Of a stretch of 64,000 bases of DNA, positions 39,301-53,132 are shown one piece after another (positions within the stretch are counted from its first letter, which is position 1; every line of letters starts with the position of its first letter). The notes below the pieces were generated by a model, which made no database searches, was not told the origin of the DNA, and saw only the letters and a program-made list of their open reading frames with translations. Source of the DNA: Bugula neritina (lineage: Eukaryota > Animalia > Bryozoa); assembly GCA_964035545.1 (NCBI GenBank), contig OZ037767.1:3421680-3485679 (forward strand). Direction: 5' to 3'. The translations under genes were made by a program, and so were the position numbers.

Positions 39301-42300
39301 TCTAAAAAATCAATGATATATAGAAAAAAACTGCCATAATAAGCTCAGTTTTATTTAGGCAACATTATTTTGCACCATAAATATACTGCAAATTAGTTCC
39401 CAGATGTTACCCAAACCTACTTACTTTGCTCCAAATAAAAAGATTGCAATGCTCTCCTTTACTTATTGCTGAAAACTCCATGTTTCTAGATTTTCTGCAG
39501 AAAAAAATGTCAAAAGAACAGTTGCTGCGTTACTTAGTCCAAAACCTTGATTTAGCAACCAAGTTGAATAACTTTGTGTCTCGCTATCATATATCACTAC
39601 TTCCCACTCTCTCATACCACTCTAACTCACAGTTTATCACTGTTTCTCACTACATCTTACAATTTCTCACTCTCATACTGTTTCCCATTTTTTTCTCACT
39701 GTTGGTCACTATATCTCACAGTTTCTCATTGTTTCTCACTGCATCTCACAGTATCTCACTGTATCTCACAATTTCCCTCTCTATCTCTTTTCTTCTCATT
39801 AGTTCATCACTAATCAACATAAACTTACCCATGTCTGGTTTTTATATTACCTAATATATACCAATTGGTTCTGTAGCACACTTTTCTATGTGTATTTATA
39901 TGTGCTACTCATTAAGTTCCCTGCCTGTCAGCCACCAAATATTTGCAGCAGACAGTAGAATTGGCCTGTACTAGTTTTAACCTGCACTAGTTGTGTCACC
40001 TTGGACAAGTACAGGTGCATCATGAACTGCACTATGTTATTAGTGGCACTTCACTCTACCCCAGGCAATGACCTTTTGTAGCAAGACAAGCGGATTGACG
40101 GATATACACTGATATTTGACATGGCAAACTTCAGCAGGAAAATGCTGTGGAGACCAGGTTTAAGTGTCTACATTGCCAATGCGGAAATTCTTCAAAATAA
40201 TTACCCTGAAATGCAGAAGAGAATGTTCATCATCAATGGTAACTTTATATATTCTATCTGTTATATTTTATAATAAAATAGCGGAAGTGTTTTTATCAAG
40301 TTTTATTGGCTTTTAGCCAGGTTTAATTGGCACCACTTTCCTCCTAGCAAGACGTGGCTAATTTTGCTACAGTTGCTTTAATCTGCCTCAACTTTTTTAG
40401 CACCAAAAGTCTTTCCTATTTTGTGGAAGCTGGCACAGCCAATAATCAGTGAAAATACAAAAAGAAAAATGAAGGTGTTGGGAAAGAACTACAAGGAAGA
40501 ACTTCTGAAATACATAGATGAAGATCAGTTACCAGTATTTTTGGGCGGCACCATGACTGGACCCAATGGAGACCCTCTGTGTGCACACAAAGTATAGTAG
40601 CCTTACACCCTCTCCTGTAACAAATGCCGCCCAACTGACTGGCAAAATATTTTTGCCTACCAGCATTTTTCACCATCTAGTTTGAGCTCCACCACAATCT
40701 AAAATCTCAGGCTACCCTCATATTGATTCGCGGGGTTTGGACACAACAAATAGATTTGACATGTTTTTAACATCAATTTTTCTTTCCTATTTGGCAATTT
40801 GGTTTCACACTTAAGTTATATGAGGTGTTGATGTTATGAATTCAAAGTAAAGAATCATTACTCCAACCAACCTTACAGATCTAAGAAACATGAAACAAGT
40901 TCTGTTTACCACTATAAAAATTTAGTAATGGGTGGCATCCAATATGACTCATAAAATATTGCTAAAAGCAGCACCGAGGTAGAGGTGACGAAGTACTCCA
41001 AACCCTCAACTCTAAACTCAAGATCTCCAAACCAATAAACTCAGTGATCACCACCTGGTGCTGCTTCAATCATTTTTCTAACTCATTTGGAAGATTTACA
41101 AGACTAACCAGTATTTTTTGTACCAAACAGGTTCTATGGTTATTGCTGTGAGTATAATAACTGACAGTTACTAATAATAGTTGTGAGCCAGCCCTCATCT
41201 ACCCAGTTTATATCTCTATTCTTAGATTTGCCATGGAGGTGAAGTACCAGAGAGCTATTATCTAGATGATTCTGTGGCTAGCAAAACGGCCGATCGAGCA
41301 ACTATCTCGCCAGGAAATGATCTAAAAATAGAATGCGAGATAGAAAGTCCCGGTAGCATTCTAAGGTATTGTTCGTACATTAACCTATGTTTAAAATGTT
41401 CTTTCACCTGACCAATACAGCACTAATCAGCAGCTAAAACATATCCAGTTGTTGAAAAAATAAATGATTACCCACTTTCAAATGCTTTGAGCAATTATAA
41501 AAAGTGTTTAGAGCTTATGTCTTCAATATTTTCTTTGTTTAATACTGCATGGACAGCTACTTATGACATGGTAATGTCAACTTTATTTTGTGCTCTAATA
41601 TTGTGTTGAAAAATTGAAACAAAAAGCTGTTCATTTTCTAGTTGGAATTTCAAAACTGAGCACAAAGACATAGGATTTGGTATTACTGTCAAGCCCGAAG
41701 GAAGTACAAAAGAGAAAGAAATTATTCCAGTTTCAAGAGTTGATTCACAGGTTCTTGAACAAGATGGCAACATCATCTGTGAACAGGCTGGAAAATGTAA
41801 GTGCATCATGAGATAATCTTGTTAATAATCTCAACCCGATTGTTTTCAATAAATGTTTAGAGTAGAAGTCAAGCATTTTGTTTAGCTTTATTTCTTTACT
41901 GTGTGGCTTGCTGTGCTTTTCATTACCAGCTTTGCTATTTAAAGCTTTTCCTCAGAGAAAAGACTACCATGCTAGCAAATTACTGTTTCTGTTGTGCTGA
42001 GTTATCTTCTCCTGAAAGCTTACTAGATTTCGAAGTTATCTTCTCATAAAAACGGATGCTCACTTATTTTGTAATTTCCTTCTTTTTGCATGCTGGGATT
42101 GATTTAATGTCAAACTTTACTTAAGGTATGGATTTCACAAAATCTCAATTCAATGTACTGCATGTGCTCAAGAGACGAAAAACATTTTATTACTTCAAAT
42201 GACAAAATTGATGGATTTACATAAAAGATATGCTAAAAATAATCGAATATCACTGCACTTTGAATATCTGTAATAAATCTTAAAAATAAAATGTTTGCAG

Positions 42301-43733
42301 TCTCATCTAATAGTTGCTAAGTTTTCACTAAACTATCCAAATGCATGCCTTTAGTTTCCAACTCTGAAGAAAGCCAGCATTGTAAATCAAATGCACCGGT
42401 GAATCACAGGCCGTGTCTAGTCATGTGACACACCACTGAGGTAACTGATGCAGCGCCCCCTGTTGCTAGATAGACTCGTAGATGTAGATAGACGTAGTAT
42501 TTAGCCTATGTTCCATGTTTGCAAACTCTATAGCTGTGTAGAGTTTGATAACTCCTTCTTTCCTACCAGTGTGGCTTCTAGTTTCTGATATTCTCTGTGG
42601 CAACATTGTCTACTCTACCTGACAGACTGCATATATTAGCAAGGTCTTCATGTTTTAACACTCTGTACTATTGTAAAACTATCTACAAAACAAATACATT
42701 TGCTTGGCAGAAATAATTCTCTATTAAGGCTGGTTTTGCTAAAGTTTACAAACAAAATTTCTAAAAATGTAAAAAGTGTTTTCGATTGAAAATTTATAAT
42801 TTATAAATCGTTTAAAATATTGGTTTGTTACTTAAAAAAGAGGACATCAACATCTTTTAAACGCATGTTTTCTTGGAAAACTTCAGTTCTATTTATTTTA
42901 CGTAAAAAAAATTTATTGCATCAGTTGGTTGAAAACTTTGTCAAAAGAATTCTAGGACATGACTGATAATCACAGATAAATTTTATTACATGAAATCTGC
43001 TGTGGTGTTTGAACTCTAGCTCCACCAGTGATAAGACAAATAACTCCTTTATTGAGTAGCCTATTGATTTGCAAAGCTTTAACATATTATTAGAAGTGTC
43101 TTTTCAAAGAGTGTGTCTGTATGTAATGCAGTATAAATGTTGTATGTTATATGTTTTGCTATTTCTAATACTTTGAGCCTGCTATCACACATTATGATTG
43201 AATTCTATCAAAGTGAGGTGAGATGAAGTTTATATGATTTTAGAGCATTATCAACAATTAATATTCTTCATGAAATTGCCATAAAATACTTACTGCTCGA
43301 TCAAATATGTCGCTCCAACTTGTAAATTAAATCTTAAAATGCATTTGTTTTCATTATTTTCAAATCCTAAATATTATTATATTTTTATTCAATTTATTAT
43401 TTATATTTGGCTCAACATAAATTAAAAGGAGATCTCACCTTTCTCAGCTAACAAACTTTCCGATTACGTTGCAAAATAGTTTTCATATTCATAAATGTGA
43501 AGTATATATTACATTTATCATCTTATACCTGTAAACAACTTCATGCATGTGACAATAAAATCTAGTGACGTCATGTGAGATTCAGAAAATCATGCATCGC
43601 ATACTTTATTTCTTCAGATTACTTGATATTCGACAATAGCTACAGCTGGGCTGTTGCAAAGACATTGTACTATGAGATAGATGTCTACACAGATGACGAT
43701 TCAAGTCCCGCAGTCGATGCTACTTCCTCCTAA
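36326..43733 (+). CDS. SEC14-like protein 2 family lipid-binding protein (CRAL-TRIO + GOLD), ~389 aa
   Basis: Exons 36326-36370, 36894-36963, 37449-37492, 37691-37829, 39136-39248, 40082-40238, 40401-40591, 41226-41365, 41642-41796 and 43618-43733 join in frame. Motifs: LTKWLYARNFDIVKAEEML, GRDKEGLP, NYPEMQKRMFIINAPKVF, IDEDQLPVFLGG, GGEVPESYY, WNFKTEHKDIGFG, FDNSYSW. Confidence 0.95.
39590..39800. repeat. Low-complexity (tctcac)-based degenerate repeat in a SEC14-like intron
   Basis: Recurrent tttctcact/atctcaca units. Confidence 0.7.
42450..42468 (-). promoter_or_regulatory. CTCF-like motif
   Basis: Minus strand TAGCAACAGGGGGCGCTGC matches the recalled CTCF core (CCASYAGRKGGCGC); it is an isolated GC-rich word in an AT-rich intron. 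Confidence 0.45.
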
Positions 43734-44979
43734 ATGACTGACATTAAACTACCCCTCGCTCATCATAAGTTGCTGATGTGAGCTTATATTACAAGTTAAT
43801 TGCTAAAGTTTTTGCCCAAAGGGAAGATTGAAAATTTTTGTATGAGTCTTAAAAGCAATTGCAAATATAATTTTGCTACTGTGGCTGGCTAATTCTAAAA
43901 AACAATAGAAAGCTTCCTATTGGCTAATGTTAATATAGAAATATTATATGATGTGTGTTTATTATTCTAGTCTAAGTTCTTTATTATATTGTTAAGAAAA
44001 GCTTATTGAAGCTAATATTATTCTCATAGAAAGATTTATAAACAACTAGGGAGAGGTTGTATATCGTTGAACATACAATATACAGTTTAACCTTGACAAG
44101 TTGTCTCCTCTGGCTTACCTATGACACAACGTGATGAAAATGTTATTTCAAGTTGTGTGCGTCAGCTTTAATTTCAGAAAGAAAATTATATATTTATACG
44201 CTAAAATTATCAATTTTTTTAATGCTATTATTTTGTTACGTATATAAACTTAAAAGACATAATGGCATGACTTAAGTTTCTTGTTTTCTAATATGTACAA
44301 ATTATTATGTGTTTTTTGTTGATTGTAAATAATATTCATGCAATAAAATTTATAAACATTAACACAAGTTTAAATAATTTGATTTTGGTTCAAAAGCAGG
44401 TTGCACAACTTGCTGAAAGCATCTATTTATCTAAAATTTTAACCACAAACAAGCTCTTGGGATGCATGTTAAGTTACTATACTGCAATATTTTAAATATT
44501 TAAGCAATTTAGGCTCTTGAATCTTTTCCTAATTCGAAATAAAGAGCAGAAAATATTAGTCAATCAGACTAAAATGAAAATTCTACAAGCTGACAAAGTA
44601 AATATATATTTATAAAACTTTATTCTTTTTGAAAAAGGGCCGAGTACTGAAAAATCATTTCCAATCTGCACTAAACTAATTAAAACATTAAAAACAATAA
44701 TTTACCAGACAATTACGCTTTTTATTATATTTAAAGATTATAACATAGCATATTATAATATATAAAATGCAAGAAAACATAATAAAATATACTATATAGA
44801 ATATAGATTATAGAATAATATAATGAAAGGTAGGGGTCACTCAATAAAGTTTATAATACAAGTTTGCAAATATTTTAGAATAGGTCAAGCGGAGTTCAAA
44901 CATTCTAGATTATGTGCGAGTCAGAATTTTCAAAATTCACTGAACAAGTTTAATAATTTATAAAAAGTTTGCCCATAAG

Positions 44980-47900
44980 TTAACAGTAAGTGAAAGGGAT
45001 CTCTCTACTCAGCGGCCACTTGGCTAGAAACTCATCAAACTTCTCATTCTCAGCTACAGTCAGATGGTTCTTCCAGTCTCCTATCTTACCTAATAAATCA
45101 TTATAAGTAACTTCAATTCCTTAACTAAATTAGCCAGTTTTTGTTAAAACTGTTGCATATGTGTAAATAACCAAAATTTGTAAAGCAAATTAATGCAATT
45201 GAAGTTTTTATGAATTCTTCTATTTTACGTGCTTTTTTATATTATATCCAAATTGTAAATTGTACCGCCGGTTTTTGAAAAAAAAACCTACCGACTATGT
45301 AAAATATGCAATGGGTTTTTGAAAAGCATGCAGTAGGCACGCTAACTACTAATAAATTTAAAAAATATTTTATATGACAATTAGGCCTAGATGTTGCAAA
45401 GCTTTCGATTGTACGAAAGCTTCCAAAAGTGCTCCTTTTGGTTTATAAAAAAAATATTTGACATGTATAATGACATCTATCGTGCTAATAACTATCATAC
45501 CTTTTCTGTAAATCTTCTGATGTACATCCCCTAACTGCTTCTGGTTGTTATTTGCCAAAAGACTAAACTGAAAGAATATAAAATAGATTATGTAGAAATC
45601 TATTATAACCGCAAGCTCAAGATAGTATATATTATTGTAACAGGGAGTTGTCTTTTTTTTATAAAATCTTAAATATTATGAAACTTTGAAATACCATGTT
45701 CTGTAGACTTATTTCCCCCTACACATATTGAGTGTCATTGAGATAGTAGTTTATACAAATTTCAGTTTATAAAATTTAGAATTAAAAACATTTCCTAAAT
45801 GAAAAACAGTTTTTTATATAAACTGCATTTCTGACCAATTTTAATCCAACCCATTAGTGAACCATTGGAAGTGAGAGTTTCCAGTTAGAAAAATAAAAAA
45901 AATATCTAATATAAAAGATAAAAGCTGAAACAGTTTTAAAAATTCAAAAAATATATAGCTGACAATTTACTGAATTTTGATGCCTATGTCCAAATTTAAA
46001 TTTATTTTTAATGTATAATATACCTGCTGCTTGAGCTCTGGTTTATAAGGTTCAGAAACTTTCTTCTCTTTCATTTTATCAAACTGCGTAGCTGAGGCTA
46101 TACGTTCAATCAGCTCTGCACTCCTCCCTGTTCCCATAAACTCATTGACTCTGTGAATACTGGATACTGGATCCTATATTTGTAAACATTTTTCAAAGCT
46201 GCTCATAAAGTTGTTAATTTTTTCACGAAATTCAATCTTGACAGTACATCATACAAGTTTTATGCTTAATAGGCTAGTACATTAAGTGACACTTTAGTAG
46301 TGGTAAATTAGGTACTCTAAACTTCTACATATATAAGCTCATCACCAACATTTATCAGATCTTCAAAGAACACCAGCAGAACATTTGGTTCATTTCTGAG
46401 ACTCCACATGTACTCAATATAGTCAAAGTATCTTCCATATGGCATGTCTTTGTCTTCTAGAAACATCTCCAACATTGCAGAGGGAGTTAGCTTTGAAGCA
46501 AAATCTTTTAATACTGGTAAATTGCCTTGCTAAAATATGATTCATAGGAAAGTTTGTAATGGCAAATAAAAATCAAATGGGAGGATGATTTCAAAATGAC
46601 TAAATCAAATTTCGTTGATATTTTAGCAAATCTTCATGATAAATAAAAAACACAAGAATTAAGTCAACTTTCAATACTGTACAATAAAAACTATTTCAGC
46701 ACTATACAAATTTTAAGTTTACAGGTGACAAAACAGAAGAAAATGAAAATTAAAATTTATCTTTTCTTTTAAAACTCACACAGAGTAATGCAAAAGGCTG
46801 CAACATATACATTAGGAGTAATCAAGTTATTATTGATGCAATCCTTATCTTTTTGAATTTTACTTTATGCAACTAATACACATCTCAGCACAACATAAAG
46901 AACTTACAACATTCTTTTTGTGGTAGTAATAGGAGATAGCTGTATCTTTAGGATTTCTAATCACTGGAAAATTAAAATGCTTGTAAACTTAGAAAGAAGG
47001 GTGTTGAGCAAGGTCTCGCCACAAAAATGGTTTTGGTACAGACTCAGAAGAAGTTTTTTAATAAATCTCTCACATTTATTAGTTTTCTTCTAAATCGTAA
47101 AAACTACAATGAACATATAAAGTATACATAATGCGGTGTGTTGAAACTCATATAATACATTTGTTAAAATACCAGCAAACATTAGGATATAATATTAAAA
47201 AGCAGTAAAACTGTAATAAAAGACATAAAGCATGATAATGTTAAAAATAGCAAAGAACAATAATAAATGAAAATACCTTTAAAATATGTTTAAATTTTAG
47301 CTCTTTATGAGTATTACTTTGTCACTTAACTTAAACAAAATAAGTAGCTCAGCTTAGGCTACATGAGTGACTGTCTTTTTGGGGTTTCAATGCTGCCTCA
47401 AATACCAGGGCAATCACCAAGAAAAGGTAATTAAATCTAAAATTAGTTACAATCAGGGTCAGCTAGCTATGGGGGCACATGTAATGACCTCACAAAGGAA
47501 GATAAACCGGTTCCTGTCAAAACCATAGAAGCTGATTTCAAACAAAGGTAGTGGTTAAGTTTTATCTATTATAAGGCAGCTGACTGCTGCAAAGGAGAAT
47601 GAACTATCTAATAAAACAACAAATATCTTTTTAAAGCTAAAAATAAAAGTTCAACACTCTAGTGGCATTTGTAACAAAGGCCATCATGCTAATTCTTTGT
47701 TTAATTCTTTACAAAGGGTATAAAAATACATCATGTTAAGTTGTTTGCAATTTCAAAATGTGCAAAAAAATTTAATATGCAAATCTACAACTGTTTGTGA
47801 TTACTTAATATTAATGCTGAAGAAGCTAGTTATTTGTAAGGACATCTGCCATTTCCCAAGATTGCAATTGGAGAGTCACAATAATTTTGAAAGTAACGCT

Positions 47901-48400
47901 TTCAAAAGACTCGCAGCTTACCTACGACAGTTTTCCTTCCTCTAAAGGCTGTTGGTAAGACATCTAGTCTATAGTGAGTATTGAGAACTCTTGGAGATGG
48001 AAACACAGCTTCAGTTTTTTTCAAAGGAAACAAATCTATCATGCAGGCTTCCTTAGGGTCAGTGATATAATCCGCTGATCCTTGTAACAGCATCATCATA
48101 ATCTCCCACATGAAATGAGTACCTGAAATATGTTCCTGTTTCACTACTAAATGCGTTAAGATTTTGGTAAACTCAAATTGTCTTTCCTTTATTGACTACC
48201 AAAGTTGTCTTACCATTTTTAGGAAAACCAGTCATAAGAAAATCTTTGTCATTCCACGAGTACTCCTTCAGGTCTTTCAGAACCTCTTCAAACAGATCTT
48301 TGGCATGGAGCATAGCTGGTACTTGTACTTTACCATCATCACTAGTCAGGTAGCAGCCAGTCTTAGAGCCAGCGAGGGGGTGATCAGAAACTAACGCCAT
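44980..48400 (-). CDS. Cytosolic sulfotransferase (SULT1-like), copy A, ~316 aa
   Basis: Exons 48400-48214, 48122-47922, 46963-46908, 46529-46350, 46173-46024, 45567-45501 and 45089-44980. Motifs: 5'PSB FPKNGTH, catalytic SPRVLNTH, 3'PB RNPKDTAISYY, RKGKIGDWKNHLT. Confidence 0.93.
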
Positions 48401-50099
48401 GTTGGATGACTGCTAAAAGAATACCTGCTTTATCATAATATTAAACAGCCATCATACGTAGTTTTAGACAAACTAAAGCTAACAGACTAACTGTCTTTGA
48501 CACAAGCTCCCCTCTGCTACAAATAGCCAACTCATAGTAGTCGCACAATATCTTTACTGCACTACAATAGACCACAAAATAATTAATGACTGTATTAACA
48601 ATGTATTCAGCTATAAAGCATGCATATCACATAAACCTTGTCTTCAAAACTCCTTTCGAATTTGAACATAGAACTGTAAGTTAATTAGCATAGAATACAA
48701 TCTATAGAGCTTCACATTACCCTGTTGAGCACTTGATTATAATACAATCCCTGATCTATATTATTGTATTATAAAAATGTTATACTATATACATAACATA
48801 GTCTGCTTAGTTGCTGAAAAGGCAGCCAGCGGAAAATAAACTACATGATAGGATAATAGGATAATAGCGGGTAGTATTTTTAGTATAGTAAGGTCAAAGG
48901 TTACCTGATCAAAATGGTTGTATCACTTGGAACCATGCCAAAGCTAGAGCTATTGTCATTCAACAATCAGATTACTTGTTGATATGAGAGAATGTTAGAT
49001 AATAAGTCTAGTGTGCTAAGTCATGGGGTCAAATGTTGGTGGGGCTGTTGCTGCTGTCAAGAAGAGCACCCGACTCCTGTGTCACAGCATGCACACTCCT
49101 TAGCCTACTTTTAAAAATCAATTGCTATCAGGGGCTCTCACAGTGGTGGAAACTTTAAACATTTATGTATACTCTGTATTATGGATTATATTACATAAAC
49201 TTACTAATGCGGTGTCTTAGAAGAAATTATATATTAACATTTATGTGATTGTCTTACGCAATTTATTTATAATAAGTTTTCGAGATATATCAGAAATTAA
49301 TCTTTAGAATGTTCAAGCAGCACTAGCTGCCAAATATCATGACATGAAAAGTCATGAAAGTTCTGTAGCTGCTGTCAAAATAGCGGAGATCAACTTTTGT
49401 TCAAAAACTAGAACATAAAATCTAAATAAAATTAGAAACTATGAAAATGTTGGTAGAGAGTTTGCAAAGAACATGTGACCTTTGACCTTTTAAAAAGCAA
49501 TAAATTAGTTATCACTCCACATCTTTCATAGTTATAATTGCATAATCAAAGAGTGTCACAGCATTTAAATATCAACACAAGTAAGCTGTCACCACTATAT
49601 AATGATGATATACTATGCAATTAATACCTATCATTTCAAAAAAGGAAGTTAAAGCTATGCTTATACACAATTTGTTAATGCAACAATTTAATATAAACCA
49701 TGAAAGAACACTTATTCATTTCATTATTATAATATACATTGATGTATTGCGTCATAAACTTTTATTCTACAAACAAAAGAATAAAAAACAAGACTGGCTC
49801 TTCCATATACACCTGTGGAGTGTAAACATAATACATTAACAATGTAAACTAGTGACATATTGGGTAAATTTGGTAGTTACACCACTGCAATTTTTTAATA
49901 CTGTTTCTACTATTTTATTATATTTCTTTTCCTTCTAACAACGTTGAACAGTATTGCACTAGCAAAAAATTCCAGTTTACAAAATTTTGACAAATCAAGA
50001 ATTGAATCAGTTAGCGTGAATCAACAAAACTAAAACTAGTATATTGTCAATATATTATAGTATCTTTCATATCTAATGTTTTGTGATATTTATCACAAG

Positions 50100-53000
50100 T
50101 TAACAATAAGTAAAAGGGATTTCTTTACTCAGCGGCCACTTGGCTAGAAACTCATCAAACTTCTCATTCTCAGCTACAGTCAGATGATTTTTCCAGTCTC
50201 CTATCTTACCTAATAAATCATAAAGTAACTTTAATTCCTTAACTAAATTAGCCAATTTTTGTTAAAACTGTTGCATATGTGTAAATAACCAAAATTTGTA
50301 AAGCAAGTTAATGCAATTGAAGTTTTTATGAATTTTTCTATTTTACATGCTTTTTTATATTATACCCAAATTGTAAATTGTACCGCCGGTTTTTGAAAAA
50401 AAAACCTACCGACTATGTAAAATATGCAATGGGTTTTTGAAAAGCATGCAGTAGGCACGCTAACTACTAATAAATTTAAAAAACAATCTATATGACAATT
50501 AGATGTTGCAAAGCTTCCGATTGTAAGAAAGCTTCCAAAAGTGCTCCTTTTGGTTTATAATAAAATTATTTGACATGTATTGACAACTATCGAGCTAATA
50601 ACTATCATACCTTTTCTGTAAATCTTCTGATGTATATCCCCTAACTGCTTCTGGTTGTTATTTGCCAAAAGATTAAACTGAAAGAAAATAAAATAGATTA
50701 TGTAGAAATCTTTACAATTGAAAGGAACTTTATTATAACCACAAGCTTAAGATAGTATATAATATTATAACAAGGAGTTGTCTGTCTTGAAACCTTTTTG
50801 AATATGAAATTTTGAAATACTACTAGTTTCTATGAACTTATCTCCCTTTACTCCTATTGAGGAAGCAGCGGTGGTCTAGGGGTTAGGGCGCTGGCTTAGT
50901 AAACACGAAGTCATGGGTTCGATCCCCAGTAAAGGCCACTGGTGGTGTTAGAAAGAGCATCTAGTCATAGTTGCTCCTGTGCTATGTATGAATAAGTCCT
51001 TAGTCCGCTTTAAAAATCTTTTCCATCAGGTGTTCTCACATGAATAGCAATTATAAACTTGCGGGAGTTTTTGTGTTAAGTGTATTCTAAGTGCATAAAA
51101 TCCAAACCTGCTGCTTGAGCTCTGGTCTAGGTTCAGAAACTTTCTTCTCTTTCATCTTATCAAACTTCGTAGCTGAGGCTATACGTTCAACCAGCTCTGC
51201 ACTCCTCTCTGTTCCCATAAACTCATTGACTCTGTGAATACTTGATACTGGATCCTATATGTATAATAGATATATTTTAGAGCAATGAAACTGCTCGTAC
51301 TTGCCAACTTTTTATCAAATTCAATCTTGTCAGCATGTCATACGAACTTCATGCTTATAGGCATCGAGTGACAGTCATGACTTTTCCATTGCTTCACATT
51401 GTTCAAATGGATTTTTTATTCGGTGTTTGGAAACAGGTCAATGACATGAATAAGTTATGCAAACCGCAACCACAAATCCATCACTACGGAGCATCCCATC
51501 CGCAAGGATTAATTCGAGCAATGGAAACACAGACTGTAGTATATTAAGAGGTAGGTGCAGTCATGGAGAAAAGCCTGTGTTTTAGATTAGAAATGTAGCA
51601 TAAGAAGTTTGTTATCGCAAGAAATTCAACCTAAATTTAATAATAAAATTAAAGAGCTTAGGCTATTTCGATTTTTCTACTACTGCTCTTATAAATGGTA
51701 TTAGCAAACTCACAATGCTTCTACATATAGCTCATATAGTATTTGTTATAATTAATAATAAATCATGACTAACATTGATCAGATCTTCAAAGAACACCAG
51801 CAGAACATTTGGTTCATCTCTGAGACTCCACATATACTCAATATAGTCAAAGTATCGTCCATATGGGACATCTTTGTCTTCTAAAAACATCTCCAACATC
51901 TCAGAGATGGTGAGTTTTGCGACAAACTCTTTCAATACTGGCAAATCGGCTTGCTAAAATATAATTCAGAGAAAAGTTTGTGGTGAAATAAGTAAAAATC
52001 AAATGAGGGGATACTTTTAAATTGACTTGATTAAATCTGATTGATATTTCAGCAAATCTTTAACATGAATAGAAAACACAAGAATTAAGCTAATTTTCCA
52101 TACTATAAAATGAAAACCATATTAGCGTACTATACAGATTTTAAAGTTTGCACCTGACTATAAACAGAAAAGTTATTATTGAGCCAATAAAAAGATGAAT
52201 GTTGGAATTTACATTTTTCTTCAAACTTTTGCTCAAGGTAATGCAAAACCTACAAAATATACATTAAATGTAATCAAAATATTAATAATGTAACTTTTAT
52301 TTTTTTCAATTTTACTTTATGCAACTAATACACATCTCAACAAAACATAAAGAACTTACAACATTCTTTTTGTGATAGTAATAAGAGATAGCTGTATCTT
52401 TAGGATTTCTCATCACTGCAAAATTACAAAGACTGTAAACATAAAAAGAAAGGTCTATAGCTAGGAATACATCATGTAAAGCTGTTTGCAACTTCAAAGT
52501 GTTGGAAAAATTTTAATATTCAAATCTACAACTGGGTGTAATTACTTATTAATGCTAAAGAAGCTACTCATTTAGGAGGTTGTCTGCCATTTTTCACCGG
52601 ATTGCAACTGCAATGACATATTAATGTGAAGATTTTATGCTTTAAAAAAACTCACAGCTTACCTACTACAGTTTTCCTCCCTCTAAAAGCTGTTGGTAAG
52701 ACATCTAGTCTATAATGAGTATTGATAACTCTTGGAGATGGAAACACAGCTTCAGTCTTTTTCAAAGGAAACAAATCTATCATGCAGGCTACTTTACCAT
52801 CAGTGATATAATCCGCTGATCCTTGTAACAGCATCATCATAATCTCCCACATCAAATGAGTACCTGAAATAAGTTCCCATATCACTACACGTGTTAAGAC
52901 TCTGGTAAATCCAATTAATCTTATTGGCTTATAAAGTTGTCTCACCATTTTTTGAGAAAGTAGTCAAAAGAAAGTCCTTGTCATTCCAGGTGTACTCCTG

Positions 53001-53132
53001 TAGGTCTTTCAGAACCTCTTCAAACAGATCTTTGGTATGGAGCATAGCTGGTACTTGTACTTTACCATCATCACTGGTTAAATAGCATCTGGTCTTAGAA
53101 CCAGCGAGGGGGTGAGCAGGAGCTGACGCCAT
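50100..53132 (-). CDS. Cytosolic sulfotransferase, copy B, ~315 aa
   Basis: Exons 53132-52946, 52863-52663, 52415-52360, 51953-51774, 51254-51108, 50677-50611 and 50209-50100; same motifs as copy A, with FSKNGTH. Confidence 0.93.
50861..51060 (+). mobile_element. tRNA-derived SINE, best-preserved copy, in intron 5 of SULT copy B
   Basis: A-box TGGTCTAGGGG, anticodon-like loop TTAGTAA and B-box GGTTCGATCCC, followed by a body shared with the other copies; absent from the homologous intron of copy A. Confidence 0.85.

Noticed and set aside
39426-39854. 142-aa ORF in a SEC14-like intron
   Set aside because: Non-ATG start and derived from low-complexity tctcac repeats.
50861-50935. Functional tRNA-Thr(AGT) gene
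   Set aside because: Acceptor and anticodon stems pair poorly, and the sequence continues into a body shared with two other dispersed copies, so it is a SINE head.
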